A stretch of 64,000 nt of DNA. Origin: Iphione sp. A-MEVVRFRX5. Lineage: Eukaryota. Positions within the stretch are counted from its first letter, which is position 1; each line of letters opens with the position of its first letter. Made by a program: the position numbers and the translations under genes. Below, piece by piece: positions 53,005-64,000 of the stretch. The stretch lies in NCBI GenBank assembly GCA_976226885.1, contig OZ320320.1, positions 31,248,001 to 31,312,000 of the forward strand, read 5' to 3'. The notes below the pieces were generated by a model. The model saw nothing but the letters and a program-made list of their open reading frames with translations. It did not search any database and was not told where the DNA came from.

Positions 53005-53085
53005 GTCGCCTGCCCGAGCTGCTCGGCTCTAATCGGCACCGTCGAGTGACAGCGATTAGAACAGCTCACCTGGGTGGGCGGCGAT
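53005..53085 (+). other. Nested GC-rich imperfect hairpin
   Basis: TCGCC/GGCGA, GCCC/GGGC, GAGCTG/CAGCTC, TCTAATCG/CGATTAGA and CAC/GTG pair in nested order. Confidence 0.7.
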
Positions 53086-56000
53086 TGAAGTTGACAGCAG
53101 CCCTGGTCGGCCGACCTGTTCTTTGGTTGGGTGTCAAACGACCGACGGACCAACTAGATAAGCCGGGTGTTGACGAGGCAAGGTGACACATACACCCGCC
53201 CTTCCCTCTATCCTCATGTCGGTAGTCAACGCTAACGACATGGGCAGGTGATGGGCGTGTTTGTATTTATATCCGTGTGATCTAGCGGTAATGTACCTGC
53301 GTGCGTTGCCAACGTGTGGTTTTATGATCGGCGTAGCACAGAGGAGACGAGAAATATGGAGAAAATGAAGGTTGTGGTAGAAAGTACTCATATAGAATGA
53401 GTAGAGGAAAGGAAGAAGAGGGAGGCGATACCCACCAGAAGAGATAAACAAGAGAGTGACGAAAAACAAACAATTAGATAATAATAAACCACCATGGAGA
53501 GTGATGTATTCCTAGAATGAGACGATAAAGGGGGAAGTAAGAAATTGTAAAAATTTTCGACAAAACATACCAGAAATGGAGAGATGGATAGAAACTAAGA
53601 CAGGTTTTTTTTACACAATAACAATAAAACACTACATTATTACCTCTAGGTATCACTCTGCCCAAAGTGGTATTCATAATATCGAGCCACTTTAATAGAC
53701 TGCTATAATATAATAGTGGCAATGGATAATACAAGGTGAGTCATGGTATTATGCGCCTTGTGATGAGCGATTACAGCAGATGGTATCAATAATATCTTTG
53801 GATCCGTCCGCATTTTAAACATTTTTTATAGAAAGTACATCATTCCACATTGGCGACTGAAATTTCTGATAAATGTTATTCTTGTTTTGAAATGCTGAAT
53901 TCTTAAAACCTTGTATAACATTTGAAGGACATTACTCATTGGGTGTTTTATAATACATGTATTAGTGAAATAGTGTAAAGGTATCATAACAATAGAAGGG
54001 TTCGTGCTTCGTGGTTAACTGAATGGTCGATTTCTAAGGTATAGCTCGTAAGTGGGATTGTGAATAAAAAAGAAAATTGCAATGTAGACTGGGTATACAT
54101 TCAAGTATGAAGTACACCCAAGCAAGGCCAAGATGGAAAACCATGACGAAGTGATGCATATACAAGATAAAAAGAAACTTGAACTAATTATTCCGCTTCT
54201 GGCAATGACCAAATTATCTGCAAAATATCCTAACACGTTTATCTTTCCTTTCTAAGACATAAGGGAGATTACCAGCCTGGTGTCACTCTCAATCAGCACA
54301 ATTAAGAGTACACCTGCCTAGTTTGTGCTTGCTGGCTTCTTTGTGTGGTCAGTATAATACTATATTGTTATCACATATCTCCAAAGCTCTGGTTTTCAAA
54401 TGAATTCAATCCATCAGTGCTACGTATTGTTTACGTGTGATAAATTAATCAGATCTTAATCAAGAGGTACATCAGGAATGGAAATTAAATATACGTGGCA
54501 ACTATCGAGGTGTAGTGCAGAGAGTTGGATCGTAGGGAATGAAAGATAAGGTTAAATGTTCTAGGTGAATATATGACAACAATTATGAGCACTGAACACC
54601 AGCAAGAAGAATTGATTGTGCAATTTTAATGGAGAAAAATTAATGAATTTTAGTTGGAAAAAATGGGAGTTAATCTTTGAAATATTAAGAGAGAATGAAA
54701 AAGATGAGTTGATTCTAATCAACATTATTTTCACAAAGTAATACATGTATATCACATCTGTAATCCATTCCCATTCGATCTTCTCACAACTGTTGCGGGA
54801 CCGCTGCTCTATATTCTAGGTGATATCAGAATGTAAATGTTGCGTTAACCGTTCTGGATACCACTAATGCTCAGACATTACTGAAAGGCTTCCCTTGGCG
54901 CTCTTTAAGCAAGTACTTCACACTATGAGCGGCGCCTAGGTGTGCTGCCGACACACCAGCGGAGTCTTAACCTGTAGGCACTGAGCACATAATCCCATTA
55001 GCGAGACACAAACACACACACACACACACCTTTGTATGGCTTGTCCACAGGAGGGTACACAATGTCCGAGAATGCCAGTCTTGACTAGGGAGACATTCTC
55101 AGTAGGACCGGAGCCGACGCTTCAAAGGCTGTATAACGAGGTGCTCAGAATTTGGCTGGTGACACGTAAACAAGGAGGCTCATACTCGAGGGACAAAAGA
55201 CCATCGACTCGGCGTGGTTATTATGGCATTTCCTGCGGAAGACACGCTGAGGCATATTTTCCCTTTCATGAGAATTTCCTCAGAAGATTCTTTCATGTTT
55301 CGAAGATGAAGAACCTAAGTCAGGTGTGCCCCCGTAAATAACTTTCGTAACGACCTGAAGTAGAAACCCACCAAGTCGTTTGGAAACGAACTCTTGGAAA
55401 AGAAGAGAATCTTTAAGAACATACGACAGACTTTAATTTATGCATAGCAACCTGTAGAGGAGAAAATGATAAGGTAGGAAACGGATATAGCTAACCGCAA
55501 GCTTATTATCCTAAAAAAGTTTATTTACAGCATAATATTAGAGCCAAGGCTTGAGTAGTACCCCTTCCTCCGACAGCGCTTTCCATTTCTCTTCAAAACA
55601 GATGGAAGCGGCAATTGACAGGCCATTAAGACATTGCAGTCTTTCTTAGGATTATTCAAGTACAGAGAATTACAAGTGGGCCTCATGAGCAAGGGCCAGA
55701 TAATCCTATTATTCCCAATCCTGTCAGCTTAACTAGGTTATAAAAAGTGGCTTAAGCATATCATTTCCCTTCCCAAAGGGTCTTATCACCATTTCTTTGT
55801 TACTCTCATTCATTTGATATGAATCGCTCCACAATACTCTTAGCAATTGTTCTAAAAGGAGATGTATAGTCTGTAACTGAAGTCCTGAACAAAACAGATT
55901 ACGTTTTTGGTCGTATGCCATGGCCGATTTCCCCTGATCCTGTTTTTGTCGTTCTGTCGTTTTTCTCTTTTGAAAATTTGCTTTATTGAGCTATTCAAAG

Positions 56001-56315
56001 AAGATATCTTGTTTCTCTACTCTAACAACTTACCAAGTAGTACATTTTAGTAATTAAACCTCTAAATACTGTAGACGGGCAGTAGACCCCTAGTAAGAAA
56101 CAGATACAGGAGAAACTTACTTTACGACCATATTGCTTTCTGACCAAACGACCATTCCGACCATTTGTCCTTGGAAAGGAATTATTCTCAATAGATATCC
56201 TATATGAGTGATTATTGCTTTGCGACCATATTGATTTCCAATCAAAATCACCATCCGACCACTCATCTTAGGGTTGTTTTCTACACATTTTAATATTGCT
56301 TTCTGACCAGTCGGC

Positions 56316-56465
56316 CTTCTCTGATGTCTCTCACACCCTGGAGAAGGTGGTGGGAGAGGTAGGGGGCATCAACTGCGACTTCTCTGATGTCTCTCACACC
56401 TTGGAGAGGGTGCTGGGAGAGGTAGGGGGCGTCAACTGCGACTTCTCTGATGTTCCTCACACCAT
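56316..56465. repeat. 63-bp tandem repeat (about 2.4 units) inside the MITE
   Basis: Units start at 56316, 56379 and 56442. Confidence 0.95.
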
Positions 56466-56500
56466 AGAGGAGCTCTATCTCACACCTTTTAGTCACTTTT

Positions 56501-56615
56501 AGTCATCAAATTCAGCATTTTTGGACTTAAAGTCATCAAATTCAGCACGTTTTGGACTTTAAATCATCAAAATCAGCACTTTTTGGACTTCAAGTCATCA
56601 AATTCGGCTTTTTTT
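56501..56615. repeat. 30-31-bp tandem repeat (about 4 units) inside the MITE
   Basis: AGTCATCAAATTCAGCA..TTTTGGACTT units at 56501, 56531, 56562 and 56593. Confidence 0.92.
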
Positions 56616-57333
56616 GATGTTTCAGAGAGAATCCACATGTAAGTAGAGAATTATTGCTTTGCGACCATATTCGCTATTACGACCATTGTGGGCCGACCCA
56701 ACTGGTGGTCGCAAAGTAAGTTTCTCCTGAAATGTCAGTTTGGGGAGCTATATCTACGTGTTTTCTTCGGATAATAACGGTGGTACGTGTACGTAACTGT
56801 CAAGGTGCGTGTGCCTTGCTGCTATTTTAAGAACCTTGACGTCACACGAGTTGACAGTGTAGCCACTAAGTAACAATAGTGCTCGCGTATTATGTTAGGA
56901 CAGCTAGCAGTCGTAAGGGTACGCAGTCCTGATTTGATTCTCGCCCTGAAGGTCTTCGTGCTGGGTCAGTGGTGCCTCCCGTCTCCTGCGTGCCTGGCCG
57001 AGCCGAGTCAACGGCATTCAAAGTGACGTGAGGTGAACATCAGTCAGTCCCACCATTGTCAAATAAACTCGAGCAATTCAGAAGTATAGCAGAAAGCTGG
57101 TATTTTGTCGCGCTTCTGCTCAAATTACAACAGCTTCGGAATGGTTTGCTGCTTATCAAAGTGGATTATTCAAACATCTCTAACTCGAGAATTCAAAGCA
57201 AACGCCAGGAAAAGAACATTCAATTAAGAGCATTCAATTAGCTCAAAGGGTGGTATTATGCCTAAAAACTGTCATTTATGTTTTCCATTATGAAGGATAT
57301 TTACTCGTACAGTGGTGCTAGAGATGGGTCAGT

Positions 57334-57645
57334 TCAACCTGAAGTGAGACAAGCCGATAACCATTTTAGTTGAACCAAGTTGAAGTCCAGTCCAGCAACG
57401 TAGTACGTATGCCATGGCAGACATAGCTTGCTCAGTATCGTCCTATGCCCAAATGAAATCGAGCCTTTTTCTGAGAGAATCTGGCGCAGTCTAGTCTTAA
57501 TCATATCACACCCTGTGCAGGCAAAAAAACCCAGTAAAATAAAACTCGGAAAACAGGCCAGTCCTGACGAAAAGCAGCCCAATATAAGCCAGACAGTATA
57601 TACCTGCCAATCAAGATCAGTTGTACACATTTCAGCCCCTACCAA
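57334..57645 (-). pseudogene. Decayed retroelement (Gypsy-like) integrase core
   Basis: VYTVWLILGCFSSGLACFP resembles YILV..D.FS+...A.P; RQILSEKGSISF resembles P..I.SD.G..F. Confidence 0.4.
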
Positions 57646-59441
57646 GTTAGCTCGACTAAATGCATATGCGAGACGAGATAATTATACGTTAATGTGTATG
57701 GCCATGCCAGTTTCCGAAATAATGATGTTTGAAAAACAAAATGAATAACTTCATCCAAACAAGCACAGCATAACCACAGCGCTTTAATACAAAAGCCATT
57801 ACCCTTGTAGTCAGTTCCAGCTTACTGCAGTCAACCAGCTAGGCAGCATTTCATTTCGACTGGGCACGGCTTCACCTATTGCCAGGTTCAACCTTATTTA
57901 ACTACAGTCAAGTTAGACCCATCCCCATCACAGACAGCTCGACACCAGCTAACGTCTGCCCCTGTAGCCAGCAATCCAACCGATAAAGACCGGCCAGCCT
58001 GCATCCAGCCAGGTCCAAGCACCAAGCTCGGCAGCCCCAGCCCCCGACAAGTGCTCAAGTCTGGGGTCTGTCCGTGGCATGCTTCCTTGACATGTCGCCA
58101 AATGTCAGCGGCTGAAAACACCTGTTGTCAAGTGACAAGAACAGCTTTGTTGGCAGCAGCTTGTATCCAGACCCCTCCAGGCTGCCTCCATCAGGTCCCC
58201 CACTCACAAACACCCCCCCCCCTCGAACCCCTGAGGCGATTTGTATTTGATTGGCCTCTGCCTATCCTCAAACACGGCAAGCCACTCCAGCCAACCCGTG
58301 TTTACGCACAGATGTTTTCGCCGGTGACGTGTTGGCGCTTTGTCCTGATCAATATGTACTTTTACACGCCCTCACTACTTTTAGCAGGCTTATCTCCCAT
58401 TCACATCTATGGACACAAGCGCCCTTCAATATTAACAGCTTTCTCTGTGGTTTGTGTATCTTTATTTTCAGTATTGCATAAAACATCATACGTGGTAAGA
58501 GGGAGAAGTTATCTATATAGACATAAAAATGAACATATAAGCACTTGCAATATTAAACATGCAAGTACATAATTATATGTGTTATTACACCAACAAATAT
58601 TGTTATGATATAGACTGGAGCATGCATCTCCTCTTCCCTCTACCTTGATATCCATGCATTTTAAAGAAGCCTTATAACGTCTTTTCAGGAACAATAATAT
58701 GTGCACCTAGTAATTAATTCTATTAAATCAAATACTTTTGGTTGACATATACATATCACAGACCCATACAGAGCATCGTCATTACTCGAAAATACACACA
58801 GAAATACCCACAAGCAGGGAGAACTTTATGGTTCTAACACACGAACAAAAAAAAGGAAACTACACGCACGGAAGCTTGACACAAGGTCACATACTGCAGC
58901 TGGTTTGTTTTCGTCTAAATCAATAAGCTGAACGAAGTAAAACATTCAATCGCTCATCCGTAGCCATCCGGAGTGCCAAATACGATTTCAGATCAGAGGA
59001 ATCAATTCAATACAGCAGTCGTTGTGTTGCATTGAATCCAGTGATAATACAAGGGGCGCAGGCAATAGTGTCGTTAACGGGCTAATAGTATTGCTCATCG
59101 TCCTCTGATTCTCATTAGAGGCACAAATACCATTAGTGCTCTGTCATCGACAACTGTAATGGCACCACATGGGCCCTGGTTACACCACGGAGGTAAAACA
59201 CGGCCCATCGGCGGTGCCAGAAAATAGCTTCAAATGCTGTGTCTTGCAGCGAGTAAATTCCATTCTCCGTCCTCTGTTTCCTCCTATCAGCAGGATCTCG
59301 CACCTCCATATGGGTTTGCTGCCAAGTAAGAGGTGCTGTCAATGCACTTTCCCACCGTAAATGACTGTGTTATTATAGATGTAACCTGTTGTAGAATGTT
59401 TCAGCAATTGTGTGGTAATAGCAACTACCGCTTATTTTTTT

Positions 59442-59828
59442 TTAAATACGGGCGCAATAGTAAAAGAAATTGCGAATAACATAATGATACTTACTGAGGA
59501 ACAATATCAAAGGGGCACAAGCTGAAAGAAACACCTTATCTTTAGCAATGTGCCCGTCTATGTCAAGAGGGAATGTTTCTCTCTTCCTGACAGATTCCGT
59601 GTAGAACATTGCCCAGACCTTTCGTAGGTTTGAGAGTATTAGGGTTGATGAGAAACAGGGGAAAATTATGAGGCATATGCCAAACATATGTGCAAAATCT
59701 CCATGGTGAACTAAGCAGCAGGATACTGTGCTTCCGAATCGACCGTCTTGATATGTGGTATTCCATCTGATTACAAAGGGTGACTGGAGGGAAAGCGTTT
59801 TGCTGTGTGTGAACTGACTCCTATCCAT
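59442..59828 (-). pseudogene. Decayed hAT-family transposase fragment
   Basis: LQSPFVIRWNTTYQ matches the hAT motif L..DV.TRWNSTY; weaker similarity downstream. Confidence 0.45.
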
Positions 59829-60479
59829 CCTGTATCACTAATGAGAATGTTTGTCTCTGTCCGTACCCTACTAACTTTAGCCTGTATTTCCAAGCTAATT
59901 ATTTTGGCACGTAGGCTCTGCCGTCTTTTCATAATCGCTATATGATAAGTAGCATTGATTGGTCATATGAGAATATAGAAATATAAGGCCCTAATTTGTA
60001 GAATTACTTCATCGATTATATACGTAATAAATCCCTTATGTGCAGAGGTATTAATTGATCATTTTATGCATTACGTAGGAGGGACTGAGGCTATGGTAGG
60101 ATCACTTAATTCCTTTATATGTACATGAAAGGAAGAAGTACGAGCCTTTTCCTGTCTACGATCGACATCGAATGACAAGTAGACCAGTGCATAAAGCAAG
60201 CGTTAATTACCTTCATTTGAATAGAGACAGAGACCAAGGGAAAGATTGCTAAACGTGAAGCTGCTAAACATCCTGCTAGTGTCCCCATAGTGTTATCGAT
60301 TTTTAAACATGTCCTATGTTGTCAACGTGTTTATATTGTTTTTAGCTTATTGATTGTGATCCATGACTCAGCCGAGTACCACACACAATACATTTATGAA
60401 GAAAAGGATGTTTTCAAAACCGATATAGTGTTCTGCCATAAAGTCAAGTAACAAAGTGGATAACTTTGTTTTTTATTAT

Positions 60480-60534
60480 ATATTGACAGACTACGCAGTG
60501 ACACACAAATTGGGTAGATATACACAATTTAGGC
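60480..60534 (-). repeat. Split direct repeat B2 (55 bp), 3' end of element 2
   Basis: ATATTGACAGACTACGCAGTG...ACAATTTAGGC is identical to 60688-60742. AATAAA on the minus strand lies at 60535-60540, in the presumed A2 spacer. Confidence 0.92.
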
Positions 60535-60687
60535 TTTATTCAATTCAAATAAAAAAAAAATTTGATCAGAATGACGGTTAGTGAACATTGCATTCCAAGA
60601 TACACAGGACGTCACCTGGTAACCTAGGTGAGTAGAACATCCATGCTTCGTCATCATAGCAATATCCAAATAAACACCTTATTTGGG

Positions 60688-60742
60688 ATATTGACAGACT
60701 ACGCAGTGACACACAAATTGGGTAGATATACACAATTTAGGC
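60688..60742 (-). repeat. Split direct repeat B1 (55 bp), overlapping YR stop codon
   Basis: Second copy of 60480-60534. Confidence 0.92.
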
Positions 60743-61684
60743 CAACCCCAGGGAAGAAGAAAATAAACGGTCCTGGTCCAACTGCTGCGAGTCCGAACAA
60801 CTTATGTATCTGAAAACAGCACTACTGCTCCAACCACCCCTCTCTTTTATTGAATGCAAAGGTAGTCCTAACCTAGCCATATGAGTAGCTCCACCTCTCC
60901 TCAGAGAATGAGAAGTGTACCTCCCAAATAACCCAGCCGAAACACAAACTTCTTTCAGACTGCTTTGAAAGGCACTATAATCCAAAAACAAAGTCTCACC
61001 ACGAACAACGTAAGACAAAATTGGGCAATCCGGCCCACAACTATTCAAGTTGAAAACAATACTCAACCAAAACCTCAGACAGAATCTTTTATCACCACAC
61101 ACCGAAACTACAATAGACCTGGGCTTAGTACCCATCTGATCCGTCTTTGAACGCCTGACCAAAATTTTAACACCATCTTTCATGAAAATAACATCCTTCC
61201 TCAGAATTCCACCTTTGCCAGTGTACTGGTTTTTCCTTAATAAACATCTAAAACCGAGCAGAATACCACACCAAAAAATCAACCAATACATAGCATCAAA
61301 CCTCAAGCTTTTAAAAATAAGCACCAGATCCTCCATGACAAAACCTTTTGCTTGCAGACTGGACCTAGACTCCACCCTTTTACAACCAGCCAAAATCCAC
61401 TTTACATTGTAATCACAAATATCAGGTGGTTGCAAACCCCTACGCTTATGGGAAAAGACCAAACCACTCAAATAATTTGGAATTGACACAGACCGCAGCC
61501 TGAAACTCAAATAAGCACAGAATCTTCTCAATTGAACCTGATCACAAGGAAAAGGCTCAAACCCAAATTTTTCACAAAACTTCAGATAAGTCTCCTCTTG
61601 TTTCTTCCTCGTCCGCAGAGTGTTCTCCGAGTACGCTTTCTCCTTCAGTCTCTCCACCTGAGCATCCAACCTCGACACCCCTCC
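60737..61684 (-). CDS. Tyrosine recombinase (Ngaro YR)
   Basis: LLRKNQ, RSKTDQ, HSLRRGGAT and GGWSS..VFRY. The ORF-track start at 61813 overlaps pol; the conserved part begins just after a candidate acceptor AG at 61685-61684. Confidence 0.93.
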   Translation of the reverse strand, partial: GGVSRLDAQVERLKEKAYSENTLRTRKKQEETYLKFCEKFGFEPFPCDQVQLRRFCAYLSFRLRSVSIPNYLSGLVFSHKRRGLQPPDICDYNVKWILAGCKRVESRSSLQAKGFVMEDLVLIFKSLRFDAMYWLIFWCGILLGFRCLLRKNQYTGKGGILRKDVIFMKDGVKILVRRSKTDQMGTKPRSIVVSVCGDKRFCLRFWLSIVFNLNSCGPDCPILSYVVRGETLFLDYSAFQSSLKEVCVSAGLFGRYTSHSLRRGGATHMARLGLPLHSIKERGGWSSSAVFRYISCSDSQQLDQDRLFSSSLGLA

Positions 61685-63581
61685 TGCAAGGCAAGAGACA
61701 ACCATTGCAACAAGCTTGAGAAACCCAACTTCTCCACCTATCATCATGAACAACAACATTTTCATCCCAACGAGAAAGAGTATCAGCCACAATATTATCC
61801 TTAGTGTTAACATAGTCAGCTGAAAGGTGAATATTATACACCATACAAGTCCAAAAAATTTCTTTGATCCACAACATACATGTCCTATTAGAACTCCTCC
61901 CAGAGCGCAACATATGCATCACCTGAGTATTGTCCACCATAAACAAGACTGAACAATCCTTCCACTTTTGACACCACCTCTTCAATGCTAAAACTACAGG
62001 CCACAACTCATAGATGTTAATATTTCTGTCCACCTTGTCAAATTTTGGGCGACCCTCGTAATGACCGCAGCCTAACAGGGCTCCCTCTTTCTCCCAGAAT
62101 CCCAAAAACCAATCATCTCCACAGAAGCCTGCATAACCTTTGAATGAGGAATCAGTAAAACAAACGTAACTTGGGCTTGACCATGAAATAATTTTCCCTG
62201 TACCATTAAACATTTTTGCAAAAGCACACCACCACTTCAAGTCATCAGCCACGAACTCATTTAAAGCCACTTTCCTGTTATTCCTTGGCAAACCTTCAAC
62301 AAAGTCATACAACCCACGAGTGAAAGTACGACCCCCACTAATAATTGTTGAACAATGCGACAGAAAACCCGACAGTTTTTCACCTTCTTTCCTAGACATC
62401 TTGCCAGATGAACTAACTTTTAGAAGGAGGTCCTGCATTTTTTCCAGTTTACCATCAGGCAACCTTAAGGTCATATCTTCTGAGTCAATCTCAATCCCTA
62501 AATAGATACACCTTTTAGCTGGAGCGGTGACTTTCTTCCAAGAAACATCAAAGCCTAAATTCTCAATAATATCTGTTAGAGCTTCCCTATTCGATAAACA
62601 GACGTCATAAGATTCACCAACAACGACAAAGTCATCTAAATAATTCACAATACTCTGTCCTGTAGAATCCTCAAACTCACTAGCTATAAAATCAGATACC
62701 TGTGTAAAAACGTAGGGAGCACAACGTAAACCAAAAGTCAGTGTGTTGCTAACATAAAAACTTCTTTCTTTATCAACCTCCCATGAAAATCCTTGGTATT
62801 TTCTACACTTTGGTTCAACCGACACTGAACGGTAAGCATTACTAATATCCACTACCGCTAAAAAATTCCCCTGCTCCAAAAAACTACAGACATCATTTAC
62901 CGACTTGTATGAAAACTCCTCAAACAAACCCTCCATGTAGTTGTTTATGGATAAGTCAATCGGCCTAGAGCAGTCAGTTATTGGACGCAGGGAACCGTCA
63001 CTCTTGGGTACCCCACCCATAGCATGGACACATTGGGGTTTTGTATCAACTTTAGTGATAAATCCCTGGCTCAGCTCTTTTTCTATTTTGTCTGTCATCT
63101 CTCTATGGAACTGGATTGTTTCAATGGACTTATAGTTTTTACAATAGTATGTATTTTCAAAGTCATCATTCACTATCTTGAAACCTCTACAAATACCTGT
63201 CCAGATGTATGCCCTCCTATCTTCCGAATGTGACCCAAAACCACACCCCTTAAAGAACCTGCATGGTAGAAGTTTACAATCCACATCTTCCAATGTGTAA
63301 CTACAGTCACATATATTCTCTAGGCACTTTTTATAAACAGGTATAAAATGAGATTTATCAAAAACCACATACATTGGTTTTTCCATAACCACAGCGGGCT
63401 CAACATTAACACATGAGACACTTGTTGAATAATCAACCATCATCCAATCAACACCATCTTCCTGATGGTTATTGAAATAGTCCAACAGCTCTGAAAATGA
63501 AACATCATTAGAGTTCTGCTGAACGTAGCATTCATCCAACCTCACCAACCCTGGAAATGTAAAAACATCATAGCATCTCAC
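61572..63581 (-). CDS. pol: Reverse transcriptase / RNase H (Ngaro pol)
   Basis: GGVPKSDGSLRPITDCS, VDISNAY, LTFGLRCAP, YLDDF, YLGIEID, FTDSS, VDN and VADTLSR. The frame is open from 63614; the first ATG is at 63443. Confidence 0.95.
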   Translation of the reverse strand: MRCYDVFTFPGLVRLDECYVQQNSNDVSFSELLDYFNNHQEDGVDWMMVDYSTSVSCVNVEPAVVMEKPMYVVFDKSHFIPVYKKCLENICDCSYTLEDVDCKLLPCRFFKGCGFGSHSEDRRAYIWTGICRGFKIVNDDFENTYYCKNYKSIETIQFHREMTDKIEKELSQGFITKVDTKPQCVHAMGGVPKSDGSLRPITDCSRPIDLSINNYMEGLFEEFSYKSVNDVCSFLEQGNFLAVVDISNAYRSVSVEPKCRKYQGFSWEVDKERSFYVSNTLTFGLRCAPYVFTQVSDFIASEFEDSTGQSIVNYLDDFVVVGESYDVCLSNREALTDIIENLGFDVSWKKVTAPAKRCIYLGIEIDSEDMTLRLPDGKLEKMQDLLLKVSSSGKMSRKEGEKLSGFLSHCSTIISGGRTFTRGLYDFVEGLPRNNRKVALNEFVADDLKWWCAFAKMFNGTGKIISWSSPSYVCFTDSSFKGYAGFCGDDWFLGFWEKEGALLGCGHYEGRPKFDKVDRNINIYELWPVVLALKRWCQKWKDCSVLFMVDNTQVMHMLRSGRSSNRTCMLWIKEIFWTCMVYNIHLSADYVNTKDNIVADTLSRWDENVVVHDDRWRSWVSQACCNGCLLPCRRGVEVGCSGGETEGESVLGEHSADEEETRGDLSEVL

Positions 63582-63614
63582 ATTCTCAGTTTGGTTGGAT
63601 TGACCTTCCTCCAG

Positions 63615-63998
63615 TCATTTCTTGCCTGGCTTTGAGTCCTTCGTCTTGTCATTGTTGTTGATGTTCGAGGGGCACTCATAAGCTTTATGATCGGACAAAC
63701 CACACACCAAACAAGCATGCTTAAAATTGCATCCATTCTCATGGCAAGTGCCATTATTAAAGCGATAGCACACTTTATCCGATCTTTTAGCATAGTCATT
63801 AGTACACTTCGACCTTCCCTTCTGTCCCCCTCGGCCGCTACCTACATTACTCTGCGTCATCATGTCAAAAGAAAAGTGGCTACGGATCAAATCATCATCA
63901 CCAAATTTAAAGTGACCAATACCTTTCTTCTCCGCCTTTTTGCGCATATCTTGGTCATAATCAATAAACGAAGCATCTTTGTAGACACCTTTAACTCT
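63615..63998 (-). CDS. gag: Gag C-terminus (partial) with Cys/His zinc fingers
   Basis: Open from the window edge: ...FIDYDQDMRKKAE...CYRFNNGTCHENGCNFKHACLVCGLSDHKAYEC...PGKK*. Confidence 0.85.
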   Translation of the reverse strand, partial: RVKGVYKDASFIDYDQDMRKKAEKKGIGHFKFGDDDLIRSHFSFDMMTQSNVGSGRGGQKGRSKCTNDYAKRSDKVCYRFNNGTCHENGCNFKHACLVCGLSDHKAYECPSNINNNDKTKDSKPGKK

Positions 63999-64000
63999 TT

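Larger units (their letters stand above)
56107..56729. mobile_element. Non-autonomous TIR element (MITE), possibly Tc1/mariner type
   Basis: 24-bp TIRs CAGGAGAAACTTACTTT(A/G)CGACCA at 56107-56130 and 56706-56729 (one mismatch). Subterminal ATTGCTTT-x-x-GACCA repeats; TA on the left flank (right flank AA). Confidence 0.85.
60480..64000 (-). mobile_element. Second Ngaro-type YR retrotransposon, 5' end outside window, ORFs intact
   Basis: Order is gag zinc finger, RT/RNase H, overlapping YR, then split direct repeats; no MT domain. Confidence 0.93.

Noticed and set aside
56316-56615. CRISPR-like array
   Set aside because: Head-to-tail tandem repeats without unique spacers, no cas genes, eukaryotic context.
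58051-58572. 173-aa ORF as a gene or gag/protease
   Set aside because: No convincing motif; the nearby zinc-knuckle-like string is too degenerate to support a call.
61685-61813. N-terminal 43 aa of the ORF-track YR (MLTLRIILW...)
   Set aside because: Hydrophobic read-through of the overlapping pol sequence in another frame; YR similarity starts only after 61684.

Overview
Repeat-dense eukaryotic DNA that looks like an invertebrate metazoan; I could not confidently call any intact host gene. Two apparently intact tyrosine-recombinase (YR) retrotransposons bracket the window and point towards each other: 1-3959 (+) and 60480-64000 (-). Both are Ngaro type, with a gag zinc finger, RT/RNase H, YR, split direct repeats and no methyltransferase domain. 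Both are cut at the 5' end by the window edge. The interior holds decayed elements: further DIRS/Ngaro remnants, several CR1/L2-like LINE pieces, Gypsy pol remnants, a Penelope-like N-terminus, a hAT fragment, a TIR MITE, satellites, tRNA-like heads and long hairpins. The two most interesting signals concern gene expression in the Ngaro elements. (1) Three unrelated Ngaro copies each have a pyrimidine-tract/AG splice-acceptor-like site in the same codon phase (phase 1) just upstream of the conserved YR N-terminus. (2) In the right-hand element, gag and pol share one reading frame and are separated by a single TGA in a leaky TGA-CTG context, which suggests stop-codon readthrough. Remnant calls rest on motifs recognised by eye, and their boundaries are approximate.
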